The notes beneath the pieces were generated by a model that saw only the letters and a list, made by a program, of their open reading frames with translations, did no database searches and was not told the DNA's origin. The position numbers and the translations under genes are program-made. From an uncultured Actinomycetes bacterium (lineage in GTDB: Bacteria > Actinomycetota > Thermoleophilia > Gaiellales > Gaiellaceae): a DNA stretch of 64,000 bases. The DNA lies in contig CAWKEF010000008.1 of the NCBI GenBank assembly GCA_963848665.1, forward strand, positions 165,184 to 229,183, in the 5' to 3' direction. Of this stretch, positions 39,337-46,360 are shown piece by piece (within the stretch, counting starts at the first letter, position 1; every line of letters starts with the position of its first letter).

Positions 39337-40139
39337 GGCGTCGTTGTCGTCGGCGTCGTCGTTGTCGTCCCGGTCGTCGTCGTGCCGGTCGTCGTCGTGC
39401 CGGTCGTCGTCGCGTCCGTGGTGGTCGGCGCGGTCGTCGTCGTTCCCGACGTGTCCGTGGGCGTCGTCGTCGTATCGACCGTCCCGGTGTCCGTTGTCGC
39501 AGTCGTCGTCGGCGGGGGATTCGGCTTGTTGCTTCGGTGACCGAACGAGTAGTCCGAATTGTCGCCCTCGTCCCCGTGCCCGTCATTCCGGCCCACGGGC
39601 ACGAGCTGCGTTGCGAGCACCTGCTGCAACCGGTCGATCACCCCCGGCAGCAGAGCCTTGATCTGCTCGTTCGAGAGGTGATGCACACCCCAGCTCTTGA
39701 TCTCCTCCCGGATGTCGTGCAGCTCGTGTTGGCCCTGCTTCGTGAACTCGACGGGCCCGCCGGTGCTGATCACGAACTGGTAGGCCGTCGCGAAGGTGTC
39801 GCAGAGGGTGCAGTTGTCGTTGACCGAGACCGCCACGTTCTGGGGCGACATGTTCGTTGTCGTCGTGCTCTCGTCGAGGACGATCTCGATCGCGATCGCC
39901 GTGGTCTGACACGACTCGCACGAGGAATAGGCGGCTGCGCCGTTCTCCTCGTCCACCGTGTCGCCGAGAACATGGCGGACGGCGAAGGCGAACTGGAAGA
40001 GGCTCGAGTTGTCCTGCGTATTGATCGCGATCGCGCAATTCGCGCCCTGCGGGCAGGTGCTGTCGTCGGCGCGGGCAGCCACGCCCGGCGCGAACGCAGC
40101 GGCGAGCGCAATCAGGAGGACGACGAGACGGTGCTTCAC
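39333..40139 (-). CDS. secreted protein with three Cys pairs (CxxxxxC, CxxC, CxxC) and a ~60-aa Thr-rich C-terminal tail
   Basis: Signal peptide MKHRLVVLLIALAAAFAPGVAARA. The ATG overlaps the upstream stop (ATGA at 40136-40139). The tail reads TTTATTDTGTVDTTTTPTDTSGTTTTAPTTTDATTTGTTTTGTTTTGTTTTTPTTTTP. Confidence 0.75.
   Translation of the reverse strand: MKHRLVVLLIALAAAFAPGVAARADDSTCPQGANCAIAINTQDNSSLFQFAFAVRHVLGDTVDEENGAAAYSSCESCQTTAIAIEIVLDESTTTTNMSPQNVAVSVNDNCTLCDTFATAYQFVISTGGPVEFTKQGQHELHDIREEIKSWGVHHLSNEQIKALLPGVIDRLQQVLATQLVPVGRNDGHGDEGDNSDYSFGHRSNKPNPPPTTTATTDTGTVDTTTTPTDTSGTTTTAPTTTDATTTGTTTTGTTTTGTTTTTPTTTTP
39336..39520 (-). repeat. low-complexity Thr-codon (ACN) tract encoding the tail of the secreted protein
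   Basis: Read directly. It mirrors as a poly-Val spurious ORF on the plus strand. Confidence 0.8.
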
Positions 40140-41893
40140 GGCGTGGTCGTTGTCGTCGTCGTCACGGTGGCCGTCGCCGTCGTCGTCGGCGTCGTCAGCG
40201 TCTCAGTGGTCGTCGCCGTGGTGAGGGTCTCCGTCGTCGTGGTCGGGACCGACGTCGTCGCTGCTCCGCCCGGGGTCGTCGACGAGGGAGTCGTGCTCGT
40301 GCTCGTCGTCGGGATCGTCTCGGTCGTCGTCGTCGTGTCCGTCCTCGTCGTAGAGGTGGGCGTGGTCGAGGACCGCTGCTTCTTCTTGACGGGTGCCGTC
40401 GCCGGCGTGACCGCCTTCGGCGAGGGAGCCGCGGGCGGCTTCCCGGTCGGGATCCGCTTGATCTCGCTCACCGCGCCGCCGAGGGTGCCGCGCTCGTTCG
40501 GCGAGATCGGCTTGTACACGGAGCGTGGGATCCACGTGTACGCCGCGAACGCCGCCGCCGTCGCGGCTGCGATGACGAGGAGCGCACGCCCGGCCGGGCG
40601 GCCCTCCGTCGCCTTCCAGGCTCCGCGTCCGGCCCGCCGCCCCAGCATGAAGAACGTCGCGACGAGGCCGAGCGGGACGAGCAGGAGGACGATCATCTGG
40701 ATCACGTCGACGACCATCGAGGCTGCCCCCGCATGCCCGAGCTTGTGCGCAGTCGCGACGAACGAGTCGTACGCCGTGGCAAAGACCCGGGGCATGTTCA
40801 TCACGGTCAGCCCGAGCAGGAATGCGAGCAACGGAACGAGGATGACCACGTAGGCGGTGACAGCGACCCGAGCCCACGGCTTCAGCTCCTCCACGCTGTC
40901 CTCGGTCTCCTTCCACGGCAGGAGACTCTTCAGCACCGGCTTGATGCGCATGAACATGTCGGGCACGCCGGTGAGATCGCTCACGATGTAGTAGCCGTCG
41001 AGCCGGATGAACGGGAGGAACTGGTGCATGATCTCGAGGTGCTGCAGCGGGATGATCAGGAGCAGCGGCTCGAAGCCCGTCGCGAAGTACGCGCCGGCGG
41101 TCAAGAGGATGAAGATCGTGTTGAAGTAGACGCCGCCGAGATCGGTGCGCAGGCGTCCCTTCTTGTCGAGTCGGTACGCGTCGGTGACGTCGGTGTAGAC
41201 GGCGGGCCAGACGAGGTAGAGGCCGACGCCCATCTTCCCGGGGCGGGCGCCGCCGTAGGCGCAGGCCGTTGCGTGACCGCATTCGTGAAACGCCGCCGAC
41301 AGGACGATGAGCCCGAGCAGCAAGAGGATGAAGAACGGGTCGTAGAGCGTCGAGCGGACGCTCTGCGCGATTCCGTGGTAGCCGAAGAGCCAGACGTCGA
41401 ACACGACGAGGCCGGCGAGAACCGCCAGGATCACGGGCGGTAGGAACAGCGGCCGGAAGACCTTGGTGACCGCGTTCACGACGCGCTCGGGGACGACACC
41501 GGCGCGGAACTTCAGCGCGAGCAGCGGGTCGATCTTCTTCAGCTCCTGCTCCTCGCCGTCGGCGGCTGCGGCGACGCCGAGCGGCACGAGCTTCCCCTCG
41601 ACGAGGCCCTCCACCATCTCGGCGTCGAGCCCCCGCTCGAACCGCTCGGTGACGCGCTCGGCGATCTCGCCGTAGCTGCGCTGCCCGTCGATCTCCTCGG
41701 CGATGTAGTAGAGGAGCTCGGCCATCTGCACCATCTGGCCGTCCGAGCGGCGCGCGATGTACGGCGGATCCTTGAATCCCGAGCCTTCGTACTGGCCGAT
41801 CAGCTCGATGCCGGGGGCGAGGCGCGGCGCACTCCCGACCTTCCCGTTCTCGGGCGGCGTGCGAAGGACCTGCGTCTCTGCCGTGTCCGAAAT
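40136..41893 (-). CDS. PqqD/RRE-like N-terminal domain fused to an M50 (site-2 protease) membrane metalloprotease, with a Thr-rich C-terminal tail
   Basis: HExxH in a TM helix (AAFHECGHA) and the second S2P motif (FLPFIRLDGYY). The N-terminal ~90 aa (PRLAPGIELIG...DGQMVQMAELLYYIAEEIDGQRSYGEIAERVTERFERGLDAEMVEGLVEGKLVPLG) fit the PqqD pattern. The ORF in the track (to 42214) overlaps two peptide genes, so the true start is downstream of 41959. The only candidate that keeps the N-terminal domain is ATT 41893, 8 nt after GAGGGAG. Confidence 0.8.
   Translation of the reverse strand: MSDTAETQVLRTPPENGKVGSAPRLAPGIELIGQYEGSGFKDPPYIARRSDGQMVQMAELLYYIAEEIDGQRSYGEIAERVTERFERGLDAEMVEGLVEGKLVPLGVAAAADGEEQELKKIDPLLALKFRAGVVPERVVNAVTKVFRPLFLPPVILAVLAGLVVFDVWLFGYHGIAQSVRSTLYDPFFILLLLGLIVLSAAFHECGHATACAYGGARPGKMGVGLYLVWPAVYTDVTDAYRLDKKGRLRTDLGGVYFNTIFILLTAGAYFATGFEPLLLIIPLQHLEIMHQFLPFIRLDGYYIVSDLTGVPDMFMRIKPVLKSLLPWKETEDSVEELKPWARVAVTAYVVILVPLLAFLLGLTVMNMPRVFATAYDSFVATAHKLGHAGAASMVVDVIQMIVLLLVPLGLVATFFMLGRRAGRGAWKATEGRPAGRALLVIAAATAAAFAAYTWIPRSVYKPISPNERGTLGGAVSEIKRIPTGKPPAAPSPKAVTPATAPVKKKQRSSTTPTSTTRTDTTTTTETIPTTSTSTTPSSTTPGGAATTSVPTTTTETLTTATTTETLTTPTTTATATVTTTTTTTP
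40139..40375 (-). repeat. low-complexity Thr-codon tract encoding the C-terminal tail of the M50 protein
   Basis: Read directly (…TTPTSTTRTDTTTTTETIPTTSTSTTPSSTTPGG…TTTATATVTTTTTTTP). Confidence 0.8.
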
Positions 41894-41918
41894 GGTCTCG
41901 TCTCCCTCAGGTGTTGGC

Positions 41919-41946
41919 GGCCGGGGCGGCTTGCGCCGCCCCGGCC
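41919..41946 (-). terminator. perfect 12-bp GC-rich hairpin with a 4-nt loop, between the last peptide gene and the M50 gene (candidate attenuator or partial terminator)
   Basis: The plus strand reads ggccggggcggc-ttgc-gccgccccggcc. It starts 13 nt after the stop of the fourth peptide gene. There is no U-tract. Confidence 0.55.
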
Positions 41947-41958
41947 CGTGTCTACGAG

Positions 41959-42165
41959 CTAGTTGCTCTGGTGCAGGTCGCCGATCTGCTGCTCGGCGTT
42001 CGCATACGCGACGGAGTTGTCCGAAAGGACGTTGGCCGCCACGGCTGCGTTGATCGGTGCTGCGAGGTTCGCGTTGACGAGCGACATGGCCGCCCGCTCC
42101 GGCAGCTCCTCGCCTGCGAGCTCGTTGAGCTCGTCCCGCGTCAGCTTCCGATACTCGTCGGACAT
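41959..42165 (-). CDS. precursor-like small peptide, copy 4 (68 aa)
   Basis: MSDEYRKLTRDELNELAGEELPERAAMSLVNANLAAPINAAVAANVLSDNSVAYANAEQQIGDLHQSN. It starts 2 nt after the stop of copy 3. Confidence 0.75.
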   Translation of the reverse strand: MSDEYRKLTRDELNELAGEELPERAAMSLVNANLAAPINAAVAANVLSDNSVAYANAEQQIGDLHQSN

Positions 42166-42167
42166 GA

Positions 42168-42374
42168 CTAGTTGCCCTGGTTGAGGTTGCCGATGTCCTG
42201 CGTCGCGTTCGCATACGCCGTGGAGCCGTCGCTCAGCGCGTTGAGGGCGACTGCGGCGTTGATCGGCGCGGCGACGTTCGCGTTCACGAGCGACATGGCT
42301 GCCCGCTCGGGGAGCTCCTCGCCCGCCATCTCGTTCAGCTCTTCGCGCGTCAGCTTGCGATACTCGTCGGACAT
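42168..42374 (-). CDS. precursor-like small peptide, copy 3 (68 aa)
   Basis: MSDEYRKLTREELNEMAGEELPERAAMSLVNANVAAPINAAVALNALSDGSTAYANATQDIGNLNQGN. AAGGAGG lies 7 nt upstream of the ATG. Confidence 0.8.
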   Translation of the reverse strand: MSDEYRKLTREELNEMAGEELPERAAMSLVNANVAAPINAAVALNALSDGSTAYANATQDIGNLNQGN

Positions 42375-42386
42375 GTAGATGCCTCC

Positions 42387-42596
42387 TTAGCCGTTGCTCT
42401 GGTCGATGGATCCGATGTGCTGCTCCGCGTTCGCATATGCGACGGAGTTGTCGCTCGCGACGTTCAGCGCCGCGGCGAGATTGATCGGTGCGACGACGTT
42501 CGCGCTTACGAGCGACATGGCCGCCCGCTCCGGCAGCTCTTCACCGGCGAGCTCGTTCAGCTCCTCACGCGTGAGCTTCCTGTACTCCTCGCTCAT
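42387..42596 (-). CDS. precursor-like small peptide, copy 2 (69 aa)
   Basis: This uses the internal ATG 42596 of ORF 42387-42668, 1 nt after the stop of copy 1: MSEEYRKLTREELNELAGEELPERAAMSLVSANVVAPINLAAALNVASDNSVAYANAEQHIGSIDQSNG. Confidence 0.75.
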   Translation of the reverse strand: MSEEYRKLTREELNELAGEELPERAAMSLVSANVVAPINLAAALNVASDNSVAYANAEQHIGSIDQSNG

Positions 42597-42597
42597 G

Positions 42598-42801
42598 TCA
42601 GTTCCCCTGGTCGATGTTGCCGGATTGCGCAGCCTGCGCCGCCGCGACTGCGTTGTCCGAAAGGACATTCGCCGCCACAGCCGCGTTGACGGGAATCGCG
42701 ATGTTCGCGTTGATCAACGACATCGCGGCCCGCTCGGGTAGTTCGTCGCCCGCCAGTTGGCTGAGCTCGTCGGCTGTCAGCTTCCGATACTCGTCTGCCA
42801 T
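42598..42801 (-). CDS. precursor-like small peptide, copy 1 (67 aa)
   Basis: MADEYRKLTADELSQLAGDELPERAAMSLINANIAIPVNAAVAANVLSDNAVAAAQAAQSGNIDQGN. GGAGAGGAGAG lies upstream of ATG 42801. Confidence 0.8.
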   Translation of the reverse strand: MADEYRKLTADELSQLAGDELPERAAMSLINANIAIPVNAAVAANVLSDNAVAAAQAAQSGNIDQGN

Positions 42802-43064
42802 TCGACTCTCCTCTCCTACGCTTCGTCTGCAGGCTCGACCGGCGGCGGAAAGACCGTCACCGGTTCTGTCTGCTCTCTCTCGTCCGTCGTGACACTCACC
42901 ACGCTCGTGTGGGCATTGGGCCGGCCGAGATTCACGGCGACCGCCGCGTGGGTCCTTCCCTGCAGCTCTCGCCGCAGGCGCGTGATCGCCGCATTCAACA
43001 TGGATTACAAACGGGAAACCCTCGCTCCCGGTTACGGCCTGCAGGAGATGTCCGACCCCGTGCC

Positions 43065-43070
43065 TAACGT
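43065..43070 (+). promoter_or_regulatory. -10-like hexamer TAACGT, 6 nt upstream of GTG 43077 (ruvC)
   Basis: Read directly; there is no SD. Confidence 0.35.
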
Positions 43071-43076
43071 GTCCGC

Positions 43077-43565
43077 GTGAAGGTCATCGGCATCGACCCG
43101 GGGACGGCGAATTGCGGGTACGGGATCGTCCACGAAAGCGGCGGGCGCCTCAGGGCCATCGGCCACGGCTCGTGGTCGACCCCCGCCGGCGAGCGGCTGG
43201 AGCTGCGTCTGAGGACGATCTTCGAGGGGGTGGCGGCACTCGTCGCCGAGCACGCACCCGATGCGGTCGCGCTCGAGGAGTCGTTCGTCGGCGTCGACGC
43301 CCGCACCGCGCTCTCCGTCGGACAGGCGCGAGGCGCCGTGCTCGTCGCGGCCGCGCTGCAGGGCGTCGAGTGCACCGAATATGCGCCGGCTCGAGTGAAG
43401 CAGGCCGTGTGTGGCTACGGGCGTGCCGAGAAGGCGCAGGTGCAACGGATGGTGAAGGCGATTCTCGGGCTCGACGCGCTGCCGACGCCGAACCACGCGG
43501 CCGACGCGCTCGCGGTCGCGATCTGTCACGCGCTTGCGCCGCCGCTCCTGAAGCTGGCGGGCTGA
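43077..43565 (+). CDS. ruvC: crossover junction endodeoxyribonuclease RuvC
   Basis: KVIGIDPGTANCGYGIV and the rest of the ORF match RuvC. It is first in a ruvCAB arrangement. Confidence 0.95.
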   Translation: MKVIGIDPGTANCGYGIVHESGGRLRAIGHGSWSTPAGERLELRLRTIFEGVAALVAEHAPDAVALEESFVGVDARTALSVGQARGAVLVAAALQGVECTEYAPARVKQAVCGYGRAEKAQVQRMVKAILGLDALPTPNHAADALAVAICHALAPPLLKLAG

Positions 43566-43569
43566 GCAG

Positions 43570-44139
43570 GTGATCGCGCGCCTGCGGGGCAAGCCTGTCG
43601 CATCGACGCCGGAGGGGCTCATCCTCGATGTCGGCGGCGTGGGCTATCTCGTCGCAGCCACGCCGAGCGCGGTGCGCAAGGCCGACGGCGCCGAGGAAGT
43701 GAGCGTCGAGACCTACCTGCACGTCCGCGAGGACGTGCTGCAGCTCTACGGCTTCGCCGATCGTTCCGAGCGGGAGCTCTTCATCCAGCTCCTGAGCGTG
43801 AACGGCATCGGCCCCAAGGTGGCGCTCGCAATCGTCTCGGGCTCTCCGGCCGAGGAGCTGCGCCGTGCGATCGTGCGCGAGGACGCAGTTCGCTTCCAGG
43901 CGATCCCGGGCATCGGCAAGAAGACGGCCGAGAGAATCGTGCTCGAGCTGAAGGAGAAGCTCGCAGTGACCGCGATCGCACCGGTGAGCGGAGCCGACGT
44001 CGACGACCACGTCGTCGCGCGTGACGCGCTCGTCGAGCTCGGCTACTCGATCGCCGACGCGGAGCGGGCACTCGCAGAGACCGACGCGGCGGGGACTCCC
44101 GAGGAGCGGGTGCGGCAGGCGCTGCGGAGGGCCGCGTGA
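43570..44139 (+). CDS. ruvA: Holliday junction branch migration complex subunit RuvA
   Basis: MIARLRGK......L.LDVGGVGY...LL.V.GIGPK.ALAI and [12 protein letters not shown] (HhH motifs). Confidence 0.95.
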   Translation: MIARLRGKPVASTPEGLILDVGGVGYLVAATPSAVRKADGAEEVSVETYLHVREDVLQLYGFADRSERELFIQLLSVNGIGPKVALAIVSGSPAEELRRAIVREDAVRFQAIPGIGKKTAERIVLELKEKLAVTAIAPVSGADVDDHVVARDALVELGYSIADAERALAETDAAGTPEERVRQALRRAA

Positions 44140-45143
44140 GCTCGTTCGTTGCGCCGGTACTCGAGGCCGACGAGGAGGAGCTCGAGGTCAGCCTCCGCCC
44201 GCGCCGGCTCGCCGACTTCGTCGGGCAGGAGCGCGTGAAGGAGCAGCTCCAGATTGCGCTCACTGCGGCAAAGGCCCGCGGCGAGGCACTCGACCACCTA
44301 CTGCTTGCGGGCCCGCCGGGCCTCGGCAAGACGAGCCTCGCGTACATCGTCCGCGAGGAGCTCGGGGTCGGCATCCGCACCATCGCCGGACCCGCGGTCG
44401 AGAAGAAGGACATCGCTGCGATCCTCACCTCGCTCGAGCCACGCGACGTGCTCTTCGTCGACGAGATCCACCGCATGAGCCGCACCGCCGAGGAGATCCT
44501 CTATCCGGCGCTCGAGGACTTCCGGATCGACATCGTCATGGGGGAGGGGGCGGCGGCGCGCACGCTGACGCTCGACCTGCCGCCGTTCACCATGGTGGGC
44601 GCGACGACGCGCACGGGCCTCCTGACGACGCCGCTCCGCGACCGCTTCGGATTGACGTTTCGGCTCGACTACTACGACGCGACCGAGCTCTGCCTGATCG
44701 TGCACCGTTCGGCCCGGATCCTCGACGTCCAGATCGCGGCCGACGCAGCAGAGGAGATCGCCTGCCGCTCGCGCGGTACGCCCCGCATCGCAAACCGGAT
44801 CCTGCGGCGCGTGCGTGACGTCGCGCAGGTGCGCCACCAGGGCTCGATCACGAACGACATCGCGCGCGAGGCGCTTCAGCTGCTCGAGATCGACGAGCAG
44901 GGCCTCGATCGGGAGGCTCGCGAGCTCCTGCGTTCGATCGCCGAGAAGTTCGACGGCGGCCCGGTCGGCCTCTCCACGCTCGCCGCCTCGCTCGGCGAGG
45001 AGCAGGAGACGATCGAGGACGTCTACGAGCCGTACCTGCTCCAGCTCGGCTTCATCCAGCGCACGCCTCGCGGTCGCACGATCACGAAGCTCGGACGCGC
45101 GCACATCGGGGCGGCCGCCGTCCCCGAGGCAAAGCTCTTCTGA
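44136..45143 (+). CDS. ruvB: Holliday junction branch migration DNA helicase RuvB
   Basis: LRP..L.DFVGQE, Walker [10 protein letters not shown], Walker [10 protein letters not shown], and the RGTPRIANR arginine finger region. Confidence 0.95.
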   Translation: MSSFVAPVLEADEEELEVSLRPRRLADFVGQERVKEQLQIALTAAKARGEALDHLLLAGPPGLGKTSLAYIVREELGVGIRTIAGPAVEKKDIAAILTSLEPRDVLFVDEIHRMSRTAEEILYPALEDFRIDIVMGEGAAARTLTLDLPPFTMVGATTRTGLLTTPLRDRFGLTFRLDYYDATELCLIVHRSARILDVQIAADAAEEIACRSRGTPRIANRILRRVRDVAQVRHQGSITNDIAREALQLLEIDEQGLDREARELLRSIAEKFDGGPVGLSTLAASLGEEQETIEDVYEPYLLQLGFIQRTPRGRTITKLGRAHIGAAAVPEAKLF

Positions 45144-45189
45144 CCCGGCGGTAGAGTCCTCGGCGTTCGAGCGCGATGAGGCTCGCGCC

Positions 45190-45882
45190 TTACGCGGTGA
45201 CTGGGAGGAGCCGTGCGTGCAGTCTGCGTGCGGCGGCAACGAGCCACGGCGCCACGAGGAGCGCCATGACGTCGAACCAGACGTAGCCGCTCGCGACGCC
45301 GCTCGGCGGATTGCCGTCCGGAATCCCGAGTCCGGGCAGATCGGCCGCCCACCGCCAAGTGCCGATCGACGTCCCATACAGCTCGAGCGCGCCGACGACG
45401 AGGAAGACGCCGGCGTAGATCGCGCGCGAGTGCGAGCGCCAGAGGAACACGCAGAGGAGCGGCACGCCGATCGCTCCGGCGACATCGAGGCGCGGCAGCA
45501 CGGTGAGCCCGGCGAGACCCCAGCCGATCGCTCCGACCGCGGCCGCGGCAACGAGGAATCGTGCGCGCACGACCGCGGCCAGTGCGAGGCCGCTGAGATA
45601 CACGAGCCCGTGCGCGGGCGGGATGAACGTCGGCAGATTGTGCAGGCGGTAGTGGTAGACGCCCCAGACGAGCGACCCGGTGACCTCGCCTACCGTCGCG
45701 AACACGACGACTCCGACCGCCTGCGCCCGCATCGTCGCCGGCAACGGGCGGAGCGCTGCGAGCAGCACGACCCACGTCAGCGCCCCGAGCAGCAGTTGTC
45801 CGTGGAAGCCGACCTGCGTATCGACGGCGAGGAGCGCAGCGAGGTACGCCGGGCCTCCGGCTGCGTACCAACGGGGGATCAT
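45190..45882 (-). CDS. polytopic membrane protein of unknown function
   Basis: ATG 45882 overlaps the upstream stop (ATGA). It is 230 aa and strongly hydrophobic, and is the C-terminal part of ORF 45190-46959. Confidence 0.6.
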   Translation of the reverse strand: MIPRWYAAGGPAYLAALLAVDTQVGFHGQLLLGALTWVVLLAALRPLPATMRAQAVGVVVFATVGEVTGSLVWGVYHYRLHNLPTFIPPAHGLVYLSGLALAAVVRARFLVAAAAVGAIGWGLAGLTVLPRLDVAGAIGVPLLCVFLWRSHSRAIYAGVFLVVGALELYGTSIGTWRWAADLPGLGIPDGNPPSGVASGYVWFDVMALLVAPWLVAAARRLHARLLPVTA

Positions 45883-46337
45883 TTGCGGTACTGGAGCTCG
45901 TGCCAGCTCGGCGTCGGCAGCAGCTCGAGGAGCGCCCGACCGCCGCGCGGGTCGCGATAGGAGAACTCCGCGCTCTCCTCGTCGAAACCGACCTCGAGCT
46001 TGCCGTCCTTCACGCGGTGGTCGAGCCACGCGCCGCGGAACACGAGCTTCTTCAGCCAGTAGACGAGCGACTCGCCCTCGACGAGGGAGACGTTCTCCCA
46101 ATGGCGAACGAGGTAGCGGCCGAGCGACGAACGGGGCTCTTCGATTGCGTCCCGTTCGACGAGCTCGACCAGGTCGGCCGTCTCGTCGCCGTCGAGCTCG
46201 TTCCCTCCGAGGAGGCCGAGCTTGACGGCGGCTGCAGTGACCCGCTGCTCGAAATCCTCCGCGTTGAAGCTGAAGCGGTAGCCGAGAAACTCGACGACGT
46301 ACTCGTCGCCGGAGTCGTAGTTGCCGGCTCCGTCCAC
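45879..46337 (-). CDS. acidic cytoplasmic protein of unknown function
   Basis: Intact 152-aa ORF, translationally coupled to the downstream membrane protein gene. Confidence 0.55.
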   Translation of the reverse strand: MDGAGNYDSGDEYVVEFLGYRFSFNAEDFEQRVTAAAVKLGLLGGNELDGDETADLVELVERDAIEEPRSSLGRYLVRHWENVSLVEGESLVYWLKKLVFRGAWLDHRVKDGKLEVGFDEESAEFSYRDPRGGRALLELLPTPSWHELQYRK

Positions 46338-46348
46338 GGCCCGAAGCG

Positions 46349-46354
46349 TACCCT
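46349..46354 (+). promoter_or_regulatory. -10-like hexamer TACCCT, 6 nt upstream of GTG 46361
   Basis: Read directly. Confidence 0.35.
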
Positions 46355-46360
46355 TGGGCC

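Noticed and set aside
38518-40853. Two plus-strand ORFs with long poly-Val/Gly stretches (38518-39540, 39537-40853)
   Set aside because: They are mirror images of the Thr-codon tracts of the minus-strand genes (ACN read backwards gives GTN). The minus-strand genes have signal peptides, coupling and motifs.
40136-42214. N-terminal 107 codons of the 692-aa ORF given in the track for the M50 protein
   Set aside because: This part overlaps peptide genes 3 and 4 and the hairpin in another frame, and it is Arg-rich nonsense. The real gene must start after 41959.
41959-42801. Possibility that the four regularly spaced ~210-bp repeats are a CRISPR-like or non-coding array
   Set aside because: The units are far longer than CRISPR repeats and each has RBS, ATG and stop. 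The differences between copies are biased to synonymous codon positions, which indicates translated genes.
41959-42801. Classical double-glycine (class II bacteriocin/lanthipeptide) export system
   Set aside because: The leader resembles LSxxELxxIxGG, but the GG is replaced by G(E/D). No C39-peptidase ABC transporter or accessory gene is in the locus, so I do not call it a classical double-glycine system.
42816-43001. 61-aa minus-strand ORF upstream of the peptide genes
   Set aside because: It has no RBS or -10 context and no similarity to the peptide family. It lies in the divergent promoter region shared with ruvC. I treat it as non-coding leader or promoter DNA.
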